The position numbers were made by a program, and so were the translations under genes. A stretch of DNA of 62,444 bases from an uncultured Nitrospiraceae bacterium (lineage in GTDB: Bacteria > Nitrospirota > Thermodesulfovibrionia > Thermodesulfovibrionales > Dissulfurispiraceae): assembly GCA_963705105.1 (NCBI GenBank), contig CAVPIW010000002.1, positions 1-62,444 of the forward strand. The letters run 5' to 3'. The notes beneath the pieces were generated by a model. The model had not been told where the DNA came from, ran no database searches, and was given only the letters and a program-made list of their open reading frames with translations. Shown here piece after piece: positions 23,000-31,251 of this stretch. Numbering within the stretch: position 1 is the stretch's first letter; every line of letters begins with the position of its first letter.

Positions 23000-23436
23000 A
23001 GAGGCGGAAGGCTCGGGAGTATGCCCTGCAGTTCATCTACCGCATCGACTTCCTGGAGGCCTGGAAATCGCTGGACACCGGCAGGCTCACCGAAGACCTC
23101 TCGTCGTTCTGGACGGAGACGAAGGAGAAGGATGAGGACGTCAGGCAATTCGCAGAAGAGATTATAGGGGGAACGATCACCCAGCTGGGCAGAATCGACG
23201 GCTTGCTCCAGGATGTGGCGGATCGATGGAAACTCTCGCGCATGGCGAGCATTGACCGGAACATCCTGCGGCTGGCCACCTATGAGATCCTCAGCAGAAG
23301 CGAAATTCCCGCCGCCGTGATCATCAACGAGGCCCTTGAGATCGCGAAGAAATACTCCACGTCCGAATCAGCCTCCTTCATCAACGGGATTCTTGACAGG
23401 ATTGCAAGGGAAAACAGGGGACAGACCGTTCCCTGA
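22996..23436 (+). CDS. nusB: Transcription antitermination factor NusB
   Basis: [39 protein letters not shown]; follows ribH. Confidence 0.96.
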   Translation: MKRRKAREYALQFIYRIDFLEAWKSLDTGRLTEDLSSFWTETKEKDEDVRQFAEEIIGGTITQLGRIDGLLQDVADRWKLSRMASIDRNILRLATYEILSRSEIPAAVIINEALEIAKKYSTSESASFINGILDRIARENRGQTVP

Positions 23437-23466
23437 GTCCGCGGGCGCAATCACAGATGAATTCTC

Positions 23467-24192
23467 ATGAAATACGCTGTTCTGTCGGATGTTCACGGGA
23501 ACCTCGAGGCGCTGGCGGCTGTCCTTGAGGACATCAGGGAAAGGGGAATCAGAGAGGTCCTCTTTCTTGGTGATGCCGTCGGATACGGCCCGGACCCCGG
23601 CGCATGCATCGAACTCCTCCATGCTTCGTGCGCCGCTTCCATCGCGGGCAATCACGACCGGGCCGTTCTCGGCCTTACGGACCCCCGTCGCTTCAATGAC
23701 GCCGCCCTCCAGGCCATCGTGTGGACCCGTGACCGGTTAAACGAGACCCACGCGGCCCTTCTTGCTCAATATCCGCTTGCTCTGCCGGTCCTGTCGCATG
23801 ACTGTTTTCTCGTTCATGGCACTCCCCATGAACCCGATCAGTGGCATTACCTCATGTCTCTCCATGACGCCGGGCACAATTTCAATGCCTTTGATAAAAA
23901 AATCTGTATGGTCGGACACACCCACCAGCCCTTCATCATAGAACGCCTCCCCTCGGGAGAGCTTGTCATGTACCGTCAGGAAGCATGTATCGGCGATTTG
24001 GAGCGGTACATCATGAATGCCGGCAGCGTCGGCCAGCCCCGCGACGGGGACCCGCGGGCATGCTATCTGGAAGTTGGTGACGATGTGGCGAGAATTCGCC
24101 GCATTTCATACGATATCGGGAAGACACAGAGAAAGATAGTGCGGTCAGGCCTTCCTGAATCGCTCGCCATCCGGCTTGCCCTGGGGCGGTGA
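23467..24192 (+). CDS. Calcineurin-like metallophosphoesterase
   Basis: SDVHGN, LGDAVGYG, GNHD, GHTH, NAGSVGQPRDGDPRA. Confidence 0.92.
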   Translation: MKYAVLSDVHGNLEALAAVLEDIRERGIREVLFLGDAVGYGPDPGACIELLHASCAASIAGNHDRAVLGLTDPRRFNDAALQAIVWTRDRLNETHAALLAQYPLALPVLSHDCFLVHGTPHEPDQWHYLMSLHDAGHNFNAFDKKICMVGHTHQPFIIERLPSGELVMYRQEACIGDLERYIMNAGSVGQPRDGDPRACYLEVGDDVARIRRISYDIGKTQRKIVRSGLPESLAIRLALGR

Positions 24193-24225
24193 GACATTTT
24201 CAAGGTTCGAGATGTCTTTTCGCTC

Positions 24226-24640
24226 CATGCGCCCGACCGAAAGGCGGGGCGAAGGCGCCGACAAGCATCGGTGCTGCGAAACCTTTGCCTTCCCGCAAGA
24301 CCATTGCAGGCTGAAGGTCAATGACACAAAGGACGAATTACTGATAAACCAACAATAAATAATCCCTATAGTTGCATAGAAAGGCGGGGCGAAGCGCCTC
24401 AAAGCCTTGCTGAAGGCGACGATAAGCCTCGTTATGTTTGTTTTTCAGGATTCTACTCTTTGTTTGATCGACCATTGGCTTGAAAGGTTGTCTTCCGTGA
24501 GGGTTATGGTGTCGCCGCAGCAAGGTTTTCGGCGCATACGCCCCGCCTTTCCCGGGAGTGTATTGCAACAATAAGGTAATCATGCTCGCTATCAGCGAGG
24601 CTTTGAGGCGCTTCGCCCCGCCTTTTCATGCAACAGGGGA
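24226..24640. mobile_element. MITE-like repeat, copy D (outer element, interrupted by the next feature)
   Basis: Left part matches 9395-9520 and right part (catgctcgctatcagcgagg...) matches 9528-9580; limits approximate. Confidence 0.7.
24364..24576. mobile_element. 213-bp MITE nested in copy D, TAAT target duplication
   Basis: taat|ccctatagttgca...tgcaacaataagg|taat; colinear with 52032-52244. Confidence 0.85.
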
Positions 24641-24658
24641 AATACAAAGGAGGTTTTT

Positions 24659-24973
24659 ATGGACGCCGTTGTTGTGTACATCACTGCGCCGAATGAGGAG
24701 GAGGCGGCGAGGATTGCCGCTGCGCTTGTGGAAGAGAGACTCGCCGCCTGCGTGAACATCGTCAGGAGCATCCGTTCCATCTACCGGTGGCAGGACAAGA
24801 CGGAAGATGAGCCTGAAGTGCTCATGATCGCCAAGACGCGGGGGATGCTCTTCGAACGCCTCATGCGTCGCGTGAGGGAACTGCACAGTTACACCGTTCC
24901 GGAAATCATCGCCATGCCGGTCATTGCCGGCTCGGAGGATTATCTCCGGTGGATGGAAGAGGTCACGGGATGA
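24659..24973 (+). CDS. cutA: Divalent-cation tolerance protein CutA
   Basis: LVEERLAACVN, SIYRW, HSYTVPEII; GGAGG RBS. Confidence 0.95.
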   Translation: MDAVVVYITAPNEEEAARIAAALVEERLAACVNIVRSIRSIYRWQDKTEDEPEVLMIAKTRGMLFERLMRRVRELHSYTVPEIIAMPVIAGSEDYLRWMEEVTG

Positions 24974-25281
24974 AGGAGGGGGTGTGGACGGAGATTATCT
25001 GCAGGGGATTCTGTCCATACTTTAAAGAAGGGAAGGAAGAACTCCAGTGCGCTCCATACGCCCTGCTTAAGGAAACTTTTACAATCAATGAAATACGAGC
25101 GGCCCTCGATGCGTTGAGCGGGAAAGGTGAACCTGATTTCACCCGGGACGAGGAAATAGACGAGATCGCCTGCAGGGGGTGCGAGTTTCTCGCTGACGGG
25201 TGCGACTTCCGGCAGGACCGGTCAGGTCCTCCCTGCGGAGGATACACCGTTCTTGAGGCGCTCCTGAAGTGCTTCGGGTAA
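24970..25281 (+). CDS. Small Cys-rich hypothetical protein
   Basis: ATGA overlap with the cutA stop; CRGFC, C, CRGC, CDFR, PCGG. Confidence 0.65.
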   Translation: MKEGVWTEIICRGFCPYFKEGKEELQCAPYALLKETFTINEIRAALDALSGKGEPDFTRDEEIDEIACRGCEFLADGCDFRQDRSGPPCGGYTVLEALLKCFG

Positions 25282-25306
25282 TCCGCCCCTTCCCGCTGCA
25301 ACTTCA

Positions 25307-25880
25307 CCCTGCAGTTGCATGAAAAGGCGGGGCAAAGCGCTCTGAAAACAGTGTGAGTGTCAGTGTCACTACCGCTTCCTCCGGGAAGGCAGATATGTTC
25401 AAAACCTTTCCCATGAGATGATGAGGACCGTTTGGCAGATGCACCGAATGGCGGGACAAAGCGCTCTGAAAAACAGTGTCAGTGTCAGTGTGAGTGTCAG
25501 CAAAAGGTTCACCTTTTTCAGCCGCCGGCCTGAAATGCTCTCCACGGGACGGCAGCGGTTTCGCAGCACCGATGCTTTTCGGCGCTTCACCCCGCCATTC
25601 GGTCGGGCGTATGGGTGTGCATCTCAGGGTGTTCAGCGCCCGTTGCCTGACGGGGCTATTGTCATCGGCAGACACGGCAAGAGGTGGTCTGGGGATGGAT
25701 AAGGTATCTTGGCGGAAAGGCTTTACACCACATCAGCCTTCCCGTCGGTGGGCGCGGTCTGGGTGCCGACTGTTCACTCCCGGTGACTTGATGACTCAAT
25801 GACTCAATGACTTAATGACCCGACGACCGCCACGGTGGCGCAAACACCCCCCTTTCCTGAGTCCATATGCAACTTATTTG
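25307..25880. mobile_element. MITE-like repeat, copy E (long composite) with AGTGTC/G hexamer and TGACTCAA octamer microrepeats
   Basis: Starts ccctgcagttgcatgaaaaggcggggcaaagcgc; shares modules with copies A, C and G; octamer run at 25784-25823; right end degenerate. Confidence 0.75.
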
Positions 25881-25955
25881 CGAAAAGGGCATGATTCCCC
25901 TATACTATTGCACGAAACCTGTCCTCCGCGAAAAGAAGCGTCAAAGAGGTGTGCT

Positions 25956-26549
25956 ATGATGAATATCCTGGCTTTTTACGGAAGCCCCCGCCGACAGGGC
26001 AACACGTCGCGCCTGCTCCAGAGCGCCGTCAGGGGCGCCCGGGATGAGGGGGCCGATGTGGAGGAGATCGTCCTGCGCGATCTCAAGATGTCCCCATGCC
26101 TTGAAATATACGGCTGTGCAAAGACGGGCCGGTGCGCCATCCAGGACGACTTCCAGCAGGTCTATGACAAGATCCTCGCCTGCGACGGCATTATCCTGGC
26201 GACACCCGTGTTTTTTTATGCCGTCAGTGCCCATACGAAGATCCTGATGGACCGGTGTCAGTCCCTTTGGGTGAAGAAATACTGGCTTGAGAAAGAGTCC
26301 CTCCCCCTGAAGGAAAGGAGCCGGAAGGGCCTCCTCATCTCGGTGGGGGCGACGAAGGGGAAAAAGCTCTTCGAGGGCATCATGCTGACGACCCGTTATT
26401 TCTTCGATGCCATAGACGGCGCGCTCTGGAAATCTCTCCTGTACAAGGACCTCGATTTTCAGGACGACATCCTGAAATATCCTGAATACCTCACCGAAGC
26501 CTACGAGACGGGCAGGGAGTTCGTGCGGGCACTGGAAAGCCCGGCCTGA
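25956..26549 (+). CDS. Flavodoxin-like / iron-sulfur flavoprotein (NAD(P)H-dependent FMN reductase family)
   Basis: GSPRRQGNT FMN loop; PCLEIYGCAKTGRCAIQDD; ATPVFFYAVSAHTKILMDR. Confidence 0.85.
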   Translation: MMNILAFYGSPRRQGNTSRLLQSAVRGARDEGADVEEIVLRDLKMSPCLEIYGCAKTGRCAIQDDFQQVYDKILACDGIILATPVFFYAVSAHTKILMDRCQSLWVKKYWLEKESLPLKERSRKGLLISVGATKGKKLFEGIMLTTRYFFDAIDGALWKSLLYKDLDFQDDILKYPEYLTEAYETGREFVRALESPA

Positions 26550-26554
26550 GCAAA

Positions 26555-26749
26555 CGGTGCAGTTGCATGAAAAGGCTGGGCGAAGCGCTCTGAAAAACAG
26601 TGTCAGTGTGAGTGTCAGTGTCAGTAAAAAGGCTCACTTTTCGGCCATTTGCTTGAAACGTCGTCTTTTCTAACGGTTACGGTGTCGCCGCATCAAGGTT
26701 TTCGGCCCATACACCCCGCCTTTCCTGAGTGCGTAATGCAACGAGAAGG
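26555..26749. mobile_element. MITE-like repeat, copy F (195 bp)
   Basis: caaa|cggtgcagttgca...tgcaacgagaagg|ctaa; colinear with 39157-39350; abuts the stop codon of the next gene. Confidence 0.75.
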
Positions 26750-27859
26750 CTAAGCGTCTTCGGATTCGACGAGGCCGGTCAGCTCGTTCATAAGGGTTTT
26801 GACAGTCACGATCCTGTCCACCCTGTCTGCATTCGTGCCGACGGTATAGAGGGGCTGTTCCTTGTCCGGGTTGTATCCGGCGGAGCTGAGGAGCCCGTTG
26901 CAAATACAGAAGTACTCTTCGTTGCTCAGTTTGGCCGGGCAGCGCGTGAACTTTCCCTCGGCATCCTTCAGGAGTACGTATCCCTTGTCACACTTCGGCT
27001 CCCTCAGGCGTTTCAGCGATGACTGATACATGGGGGAGTGCCTGATGATCCTGAAGGGGAGACCGCAGGGCGAGCCCGGCCGGTGGGCGACGATGATGTC
27101 CTCGGTCTGCGCGTCGATGACCGCCTGCTTGTAGAGCGGCGTCGCGCTGCTTTCCTCCGTCGCGAGAAAGCGTGTGCCCATCTGGACCCCGTCCGCTCCC
27201 ATCTCCATGAACCTCACGATGTCTTCATAGGTATAAATACCGCCTGCGACGATGACGGGGATATTTCCTTTTTTCTGGGCCATCTCCTTGACGGGCGGGA
27301 ACAGGTTTTCGAGCCTGTTCGATTCGAGATTGATCTGGTCGATCTTGAATCCCAGGTGCCCTCCTGCAAGGGGCCCTTCCAGGACGACGGCGTCGGGTCT
27401 GAACCCCAGTTTCTCCCACTTCTTGCAGATCAGGTCAAGGGCGCGGGCCGAGGAGACGATGGGGATGATGGCTGTGTCCTTCGGAGGCTGGATCGCGGGG
27501 AGGTTCATGGGCAGGCCGGCGCCTGAAATGATCGCATCGGCGCCGGCGTCGATGGAAGCCCTGACTGAAGCCTCATAATCCTTCACAAGGGCGACCATGA
27601 TGTTGATGCCGGCAAACCCGCCGCCCTCTTTCGACAGGGCGATTTCCTCGTAGACGGCGTCATATGTGGAATATCGTTTGCCTCTTCTCTTCGACAAAAG
27701 ACGATCGAGACAGGCGCTCGAAACGATACCCATACCGCCCTCCTCGGCAACGGCACGCGCGAGGGGGTACAGCGAAACGCCGACTCCCATTCCTCCCTGG
27801 ATGATCGGAAGGGGGATTTTTTTCCCTTTTATGATAAGCGGGGGAAGTTTCAATTTCAA
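26750..27859 (-). CDS. Nitronate monooxygenase / FabK-FabX-like flavin oxidoreductase with C-terminal Cys cluster
   Basis: PIIQGGMGVGVS, ISGAGLP, EGPLAGGHLG, AGGI, GVQMGTRF, C..G...CP...FCICNGL. Confidence 0.85.
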   Translation of the reverse strand: MKLKLPPLIIKGKKIPLPIIQGGMGVGVSLYPLARAVAEEGGMGIVSSACLDRLLSKRRGKRYSTYDAVYEEIALSKEGGGFAGINIMVALVKDYEASVRASIDAGADAIISGAGLPMNLPAIQPPKDTAIIPIVSSARALDLICKKWEKLGFRPDAVVLEGPLAGGHLGFKIDQINLESNRLENLFPPVKEMAQKKGNIPVIVAGGIYTYEDIVRFMEMGADGVQMGTRFLATEESSATPLYKQAVIDAQTEDIIVAHRPGSPCGLPFRIIRHSPMYQSSLKRLREPKCDKGYVLLKDAEGKFTRCPAKLSNEEYFCICNGLLSSAGYNPDKEQPLYTVGTNADRVDRIVTVKTLMNELTGLVESEDA

Positions 27860-28153
27860 AGTGTGAGGACGATCCTCCCTTGTGTTCAGAAGGAATAAGA
27901 ACCGATTTAAATAATAATTATTATACCTGATTTAATCAAGAAAATATTTATCCCGGCGGTGCGGAAACCGTCCCGCCTTTGCATGCGGCGACAAAGTCCG
28001 GCATGAGTGATCACCCGAGTCCGAAACAGCTTGACAGCGAGACTTTGGAAACGAGGAGAGAGTTCGGCTTCTGACGCAAAATTCGCGGGCAGACCTCTCC
28101 TCGTGCCGGATCATTATGGACAACAGTGATGCGTGATATAATAGAAAGTGGAA

Positions 28154-28480
28154 ATGAAGTATCTCCTCTATTTTCTCATCGGCGGCTTTACGGTCACTGT
28201 CGTCACGTACGTATCATCACAGGGCAAGGGTCTCTTCGCCGCCTTCGTCGCGAACATGCCCGTCATCACCTTCGTGACCTTCCTGACGATCTATTTCGCC
28301 GCAGGACAGGAGGCTGTCCTTGCCTATGCCAAAGGCCTGCTCATTATGCTCTTTCCCTGGCTCGCCTACATCTTCGCAGTCATTTTCCTGTCGCCGCACC
28401 TGTCGCTCCTTCCTTCTCTTGCCATCGGGATTCTTCTTTATTTCTCCCTCGCCTATGTCATTCTGACAAAAACCGGCTGA
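28154..28480 (+). CDS. Small four-TM membrane protein (GlpM/DUF3147-like)
   Basis: Four hydrophobic helices; FLIGG..V, AAF.A.MP motifs. Confidence 0.65.
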   Translation: MKYLLYFLIGGFTVTVVTYVSSQGKGLFAAFVANMPVITFVTFLTIYFAAGQEAVLAYAKGLLIMLFPWLAYIFAVIFLSPHLSLLPSLAIGILLYFSLAYVILTKTG

Positions 28481-28531
28481 CAGCCCCCTGTCAGTCCTTC
28501 ACCGTTACGGTGCTTTCCCGGAGACTTTTCA

Positions 28532-29422
28532 TCACCACGGATAGAGGCATTCATCAGGAATGAGCCTTTTCCTTTTCGAAACTAGTCCCTTGTTGTTGCG
28601 ACCGACGGCGAAAACATGATCTTCCCGGTCCTGCTGAAATCTATCGAGACGATTCCCGTCGGCGAGATGTCGGAAAAGTTCCTCTTTGACGTCTCCGCGC
28701 TTCAGCCGCCCTATCTTCTCCACCGTCTCCGTGAAGGGCGGAAACGCGGAAAAGACGTTCCGAAAAGTATCTTCCAGCAAGGAAAACGAGCTACTTGCCG
28801 TGTCGTGCACATCGCCGCCGGACCCCTGTCCCGGCATCCTCATCAGTCCGCTCCTGCCGTCCGAAAAATCGATGATGAAAGGGCTGTCGCCGAAGAGGTA
28901 CAGGTCGGACACGATCACCTCTCTTTCCATTATCCGCCCAAGTTGCTTTATGACCCCTGCCCGCGCCGCCGGCACAGGGATATCACGGTGCAGGCACAGG
29001 TATTCACCGGACCGGTCATGATTGATGAGCGTATTGAGGGTCCTGGCAACAACCTGGTGCTCAGGAAAGAGCATGCATGCGACGGGCCTGGCAGGGTAGA
29101 TCATGCATCGATCAGCCTTGAGGAAGTCACAGGGTTTCCTGAGTTTGACCGACGCGATGGCAATGGGCTCATGCCTCTCGTGAGGCAGGATCCCGAGGAA
29201 GCAGAACTGTTCGTATAATTCTTCGGGCTGGATCTTCAGAAAATGGGCTGCGCAGAGAATATCAAAGACTGTCACGGGGATGTGCATGTCCGGCCTCCTG
29301 CAACCCGGCTTGGAGCAGCGGTCATCGCATCGCAGGGCGGAGTGCAGACCGCCGAGATGATGCCTCATGGCGGAGTATTCCCCGATATCGGGCGAAAAGG
29401 GTGTCGTTATTCCCCGCTTCAT
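28532..29422 (-). CDS. YkgJ-family cysteine-cluster protein
   Basis: CDDRCSKPGC, PCDFL...CMIYPARPVACMLFP. Confidence 0.75.
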   Translation of the reverse strand: MKRGITTPFSPDIGEYSAMRHHLGGLHSALRCDDRCSKPGCRRPDMHIPVTVFDILCAAHFLKIQPEELYEQFCFLGILPHERHEPIAIASVKLRKPCDFLKADRCMIYPARPVACMLFPEHQVVARTLNTLINHDRSGEYLCLHRDIPVPAARAGVIKQLGRIMEREVIVSDLYLFGDSPFIIDFSDGRSGLMRMPGQGSGGDVHDTASSSFSLLEDTFRNVFSAFPPFTETVEKIGRLKRGDVKEELFRHLADGNRLDRFQQDREDHVFAVGRNNKGLVSKRKRLIPDECLYPW

Positions 29423-29440
29423 AAAAATAAGGAGCGGAGA

Positions 29441-29671
29441 CTAACCCGTCAGTAATCCCCGGTCCTTCAGGGCCTGAACCAACTGGTCGTATTCAAACCG
29501 GTACCGGTACCCGAGTTGAACGATCACTTCATAGGGATCAGGATCATCAAGATCGATCGCGGCAAGGAACCGGTCAAACAGCGCGGTAAAGACAGCACGC
29601 TTTTCCTTGTCAAAGTATGAGTCCTCGAAGGCGTTCACGATTTTTACGGCGGTGTCCTCTATTTCTCCCAT
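29441..29671 (-). CDS. Small acidic hypothetical protein
   Basis: 76-aa ORF with GAGGGG RBS and protein-like composition. Confidence 0.6.
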   Translation of the reverse strand: MGEIEDTAVKIVNAFEDSYFDKEKRAVFTALFDRFLAAIDLDDPDPYEVIVQLGYRYRFEYDQLVQALKDRGLLTG

Positions 29672-29771
29672 TGGTCACCCCTCTTCATGTTCTTTTCCTC
29701 ATTATACCACGGCTTTCTCTTGAGGGAACGGGGCAGTCATGATAGAATAAGGCGGAAAGGGGCAGGCGATC

Positions 29772-30977
29772 GTGGAGATAACAACACAACGGGTGTCGAC
29801 ACTCGAGCTAATCCTCCGGTGGAGCAGCACGGATGCCCGTCACACCGACAGGCTATATGTCCGGAAGGTGAATTTCTGGCGGGACATCTTCCCCGGTGAG
29901 GTCCGTGATGACCTCATGGGGAAAAGAGAGGGCGATGTGCTCACATACGACCTGCTGCCCGGAAAAATCGTGCCCCCCTTTGACGAAGGATATATCTTCC
30001 CTCTGGAACACCCGCACTTTGACAATCGTTATGACAGGGACAGGTTTGTCGAGCCCCGGTTCGGACGTTTCTATCCAAAGGGCATGCTGAAGGCGCTGCC
30101 CGGCATATTCCGTTCGAATATGGAGCCCTTTCGCTGTGTCGGGGTCGATAATGCTTCACTCATGGTCGATTTCAATCATCCCCTCTCGCAGAAGGATATA
30201 GGCCTGACCGTGCTTGTCCGCGATGTCCGTCAGAAACTGGGTGAACTGGGCGGAAGCTGCAATGACTGGCTGGCGGCGGCAACCGACGGGCCGGGCATGC
30301 AGGCCCGGTGGCGCGGGAACCCGACGGATTTTTTTGCCGATGACCCCTATCGCCGGCCCGACGAGAGCAGCGACAGGCTCTTTTACCGGGAGCCGCGTTT
30401 TGTGACCCATGTCGACGACAAAGCCCTCGAGGTTATTACCGGTCTGTACGAAACACTCCTCGCTCCGGACATGAAGGTGCTCGATCTCATGAGCAGCGTG
30501 AAATCCCACCTGCCGGCCCGTTTCATTCTCCGTTCCGTCACAGGGCTGGGTCTGAACAGCGAAGAGATGGCCCAAAACCGGCAGCTCACGTCATCAGTGG
30601 TCCATGACGTGAATGAGGACCCCGTCCTGCCTTTCGGCGACAATGAGTTCGACGCCGTCGTCTGTTCGGTATCCATTGAATATGTGATCCGTCCCCGTGA
30701 GCTTTGCCGCGAGGTCGCCCGTGTGCTCAGGCCCGGTGGTCCCTTCATCGTCACGTTCTCCCACCGGTGGTTTCCGCCGAAGGTCATACGAATCTGGGAG
30801 GAACTTCATGAGTTCGAGCGCATGGGGATGGTCGCCGAGTATTTTCTCCGGTCGGGGTTGTTTGACGGGATCGAGACTTTTTCCATGCGCGGCCTTCCGC
30901 GGCCGGAGAATGACCGCTATTACCCGGGGGTTATGGTCTCAGACCCGGTCTACGCCGTTTGGGGACGGTGCTTGTGA
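29772..30977 (+). CDS. Class I SAM-dependent methyltransferase with N-terminal FKBP/SlyD-like extension
   Basis: VDFNHPL (FKBP-like); FY.EPRFVTHVD, VLDLMSS..SHLP, LGLN.EEM..N, SVSIEY. Confidence 0.8.
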   Translation: MEITTQRVSTLELILRWSSTDARHTDRLYVRKVNFWRDIFPGEVRDDLMGKREGDVLTYDLLPGKIVPPFDEGYIFPLEHPHFDNRYDRDRFVEPRFGRFYPKGMLKALPGIFRSNMEPFRCVGVDNASLMVDFNHPLSQKDIGLTVLVRDVRQKLGELGGSCNDWLAAATDGPGMQARWRGNPTDFFADDPYRRPDESSDRLFYREPRFVTHVDDKALEVITGLYETLLAPDMKVLDLMSSVKSHLPARFILRSVTGLGLNSEEMAQNRQLTSSVVHDVNEDPVLPFGDNEFDAVVCSVSIEYVIRPRELCREVARVLRPGGPFIVTFSHRWFPPKVIRIWEELHEFERMGMVAEYFLRSGLFDGIETFSMRGLPRPENDRYYPGVMVSDPVYAVWGRCL

Positions 30978-31010
30978 TTGACGTCTATACAATAAATCTG
31001 GAGGTGTCTC

Positions 31011-31226
31011 ATGGCTGACGTAATCATATTCGGAAAGGCCGGCTGACCCCATACGGACCGGGCCAGGGCGGCCTTCGGAAAGACTGCGGTTTATTACGAC
31101 GTTAAGATGGATGATGAAAAGATGGAGCTGATGCTCCGGTATTCGAAGGGGGCGCGGCGGGTGCCCGTCATCGTCGAGGGAGACAGGGTGACGATCGGGT
31201 ATCAGGGAGGCACCTGAGGGGTATAA
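31011..31226 (+). CDS. Glutaredoxin-like selenoprotein, 71 aa, two Sec residues (U12, U69; C-terminus GTUGV*)
   Basis: GGAGG RBS; reading TGA 31044 and TGA 31215 as Sec gives MADVIIFGKAGUPHTDRARAAF...RRVPVIVEGDRVTIGYQGGTUGV*, with UPxT at the CPxC site and the cis-Pro VP motif; absent from the ORF track. Confidence 0.85.
31058..31078 (+). promoter_or_regulatory. Putative bacterial SECIS for UGA 31044
   Basis: ccg-ggcc[agggc]ggcc-tt-cgg hairpin; G-containing loop starts 18 nt after the UGA. Confidence 0.55.
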
Positions 31227-31229
31227 AAC

Positions 31230-31246
31230 GACGGCGGTCAGCCGTC
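31230..31246 (+). promoter_or_regulatory. Putative bacterial SECIS for UGA 31215, located in the 3' UTR
   Basis: Perfect gacggc[ggtca]gccgtc hairpin; loop starts with G, 18 nt after the UGA. Confidence 0.7.
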
Positions 31247-31251
31247 AACCT

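Noticed and set aside
25784..25823. TGACTCAA octamer and AGTGTC hexamer runs as iterons or phase-variation tracts
   Set aside because: Short, degenerate, embedded in the repeat family and not in a CDS or near a rep gene.
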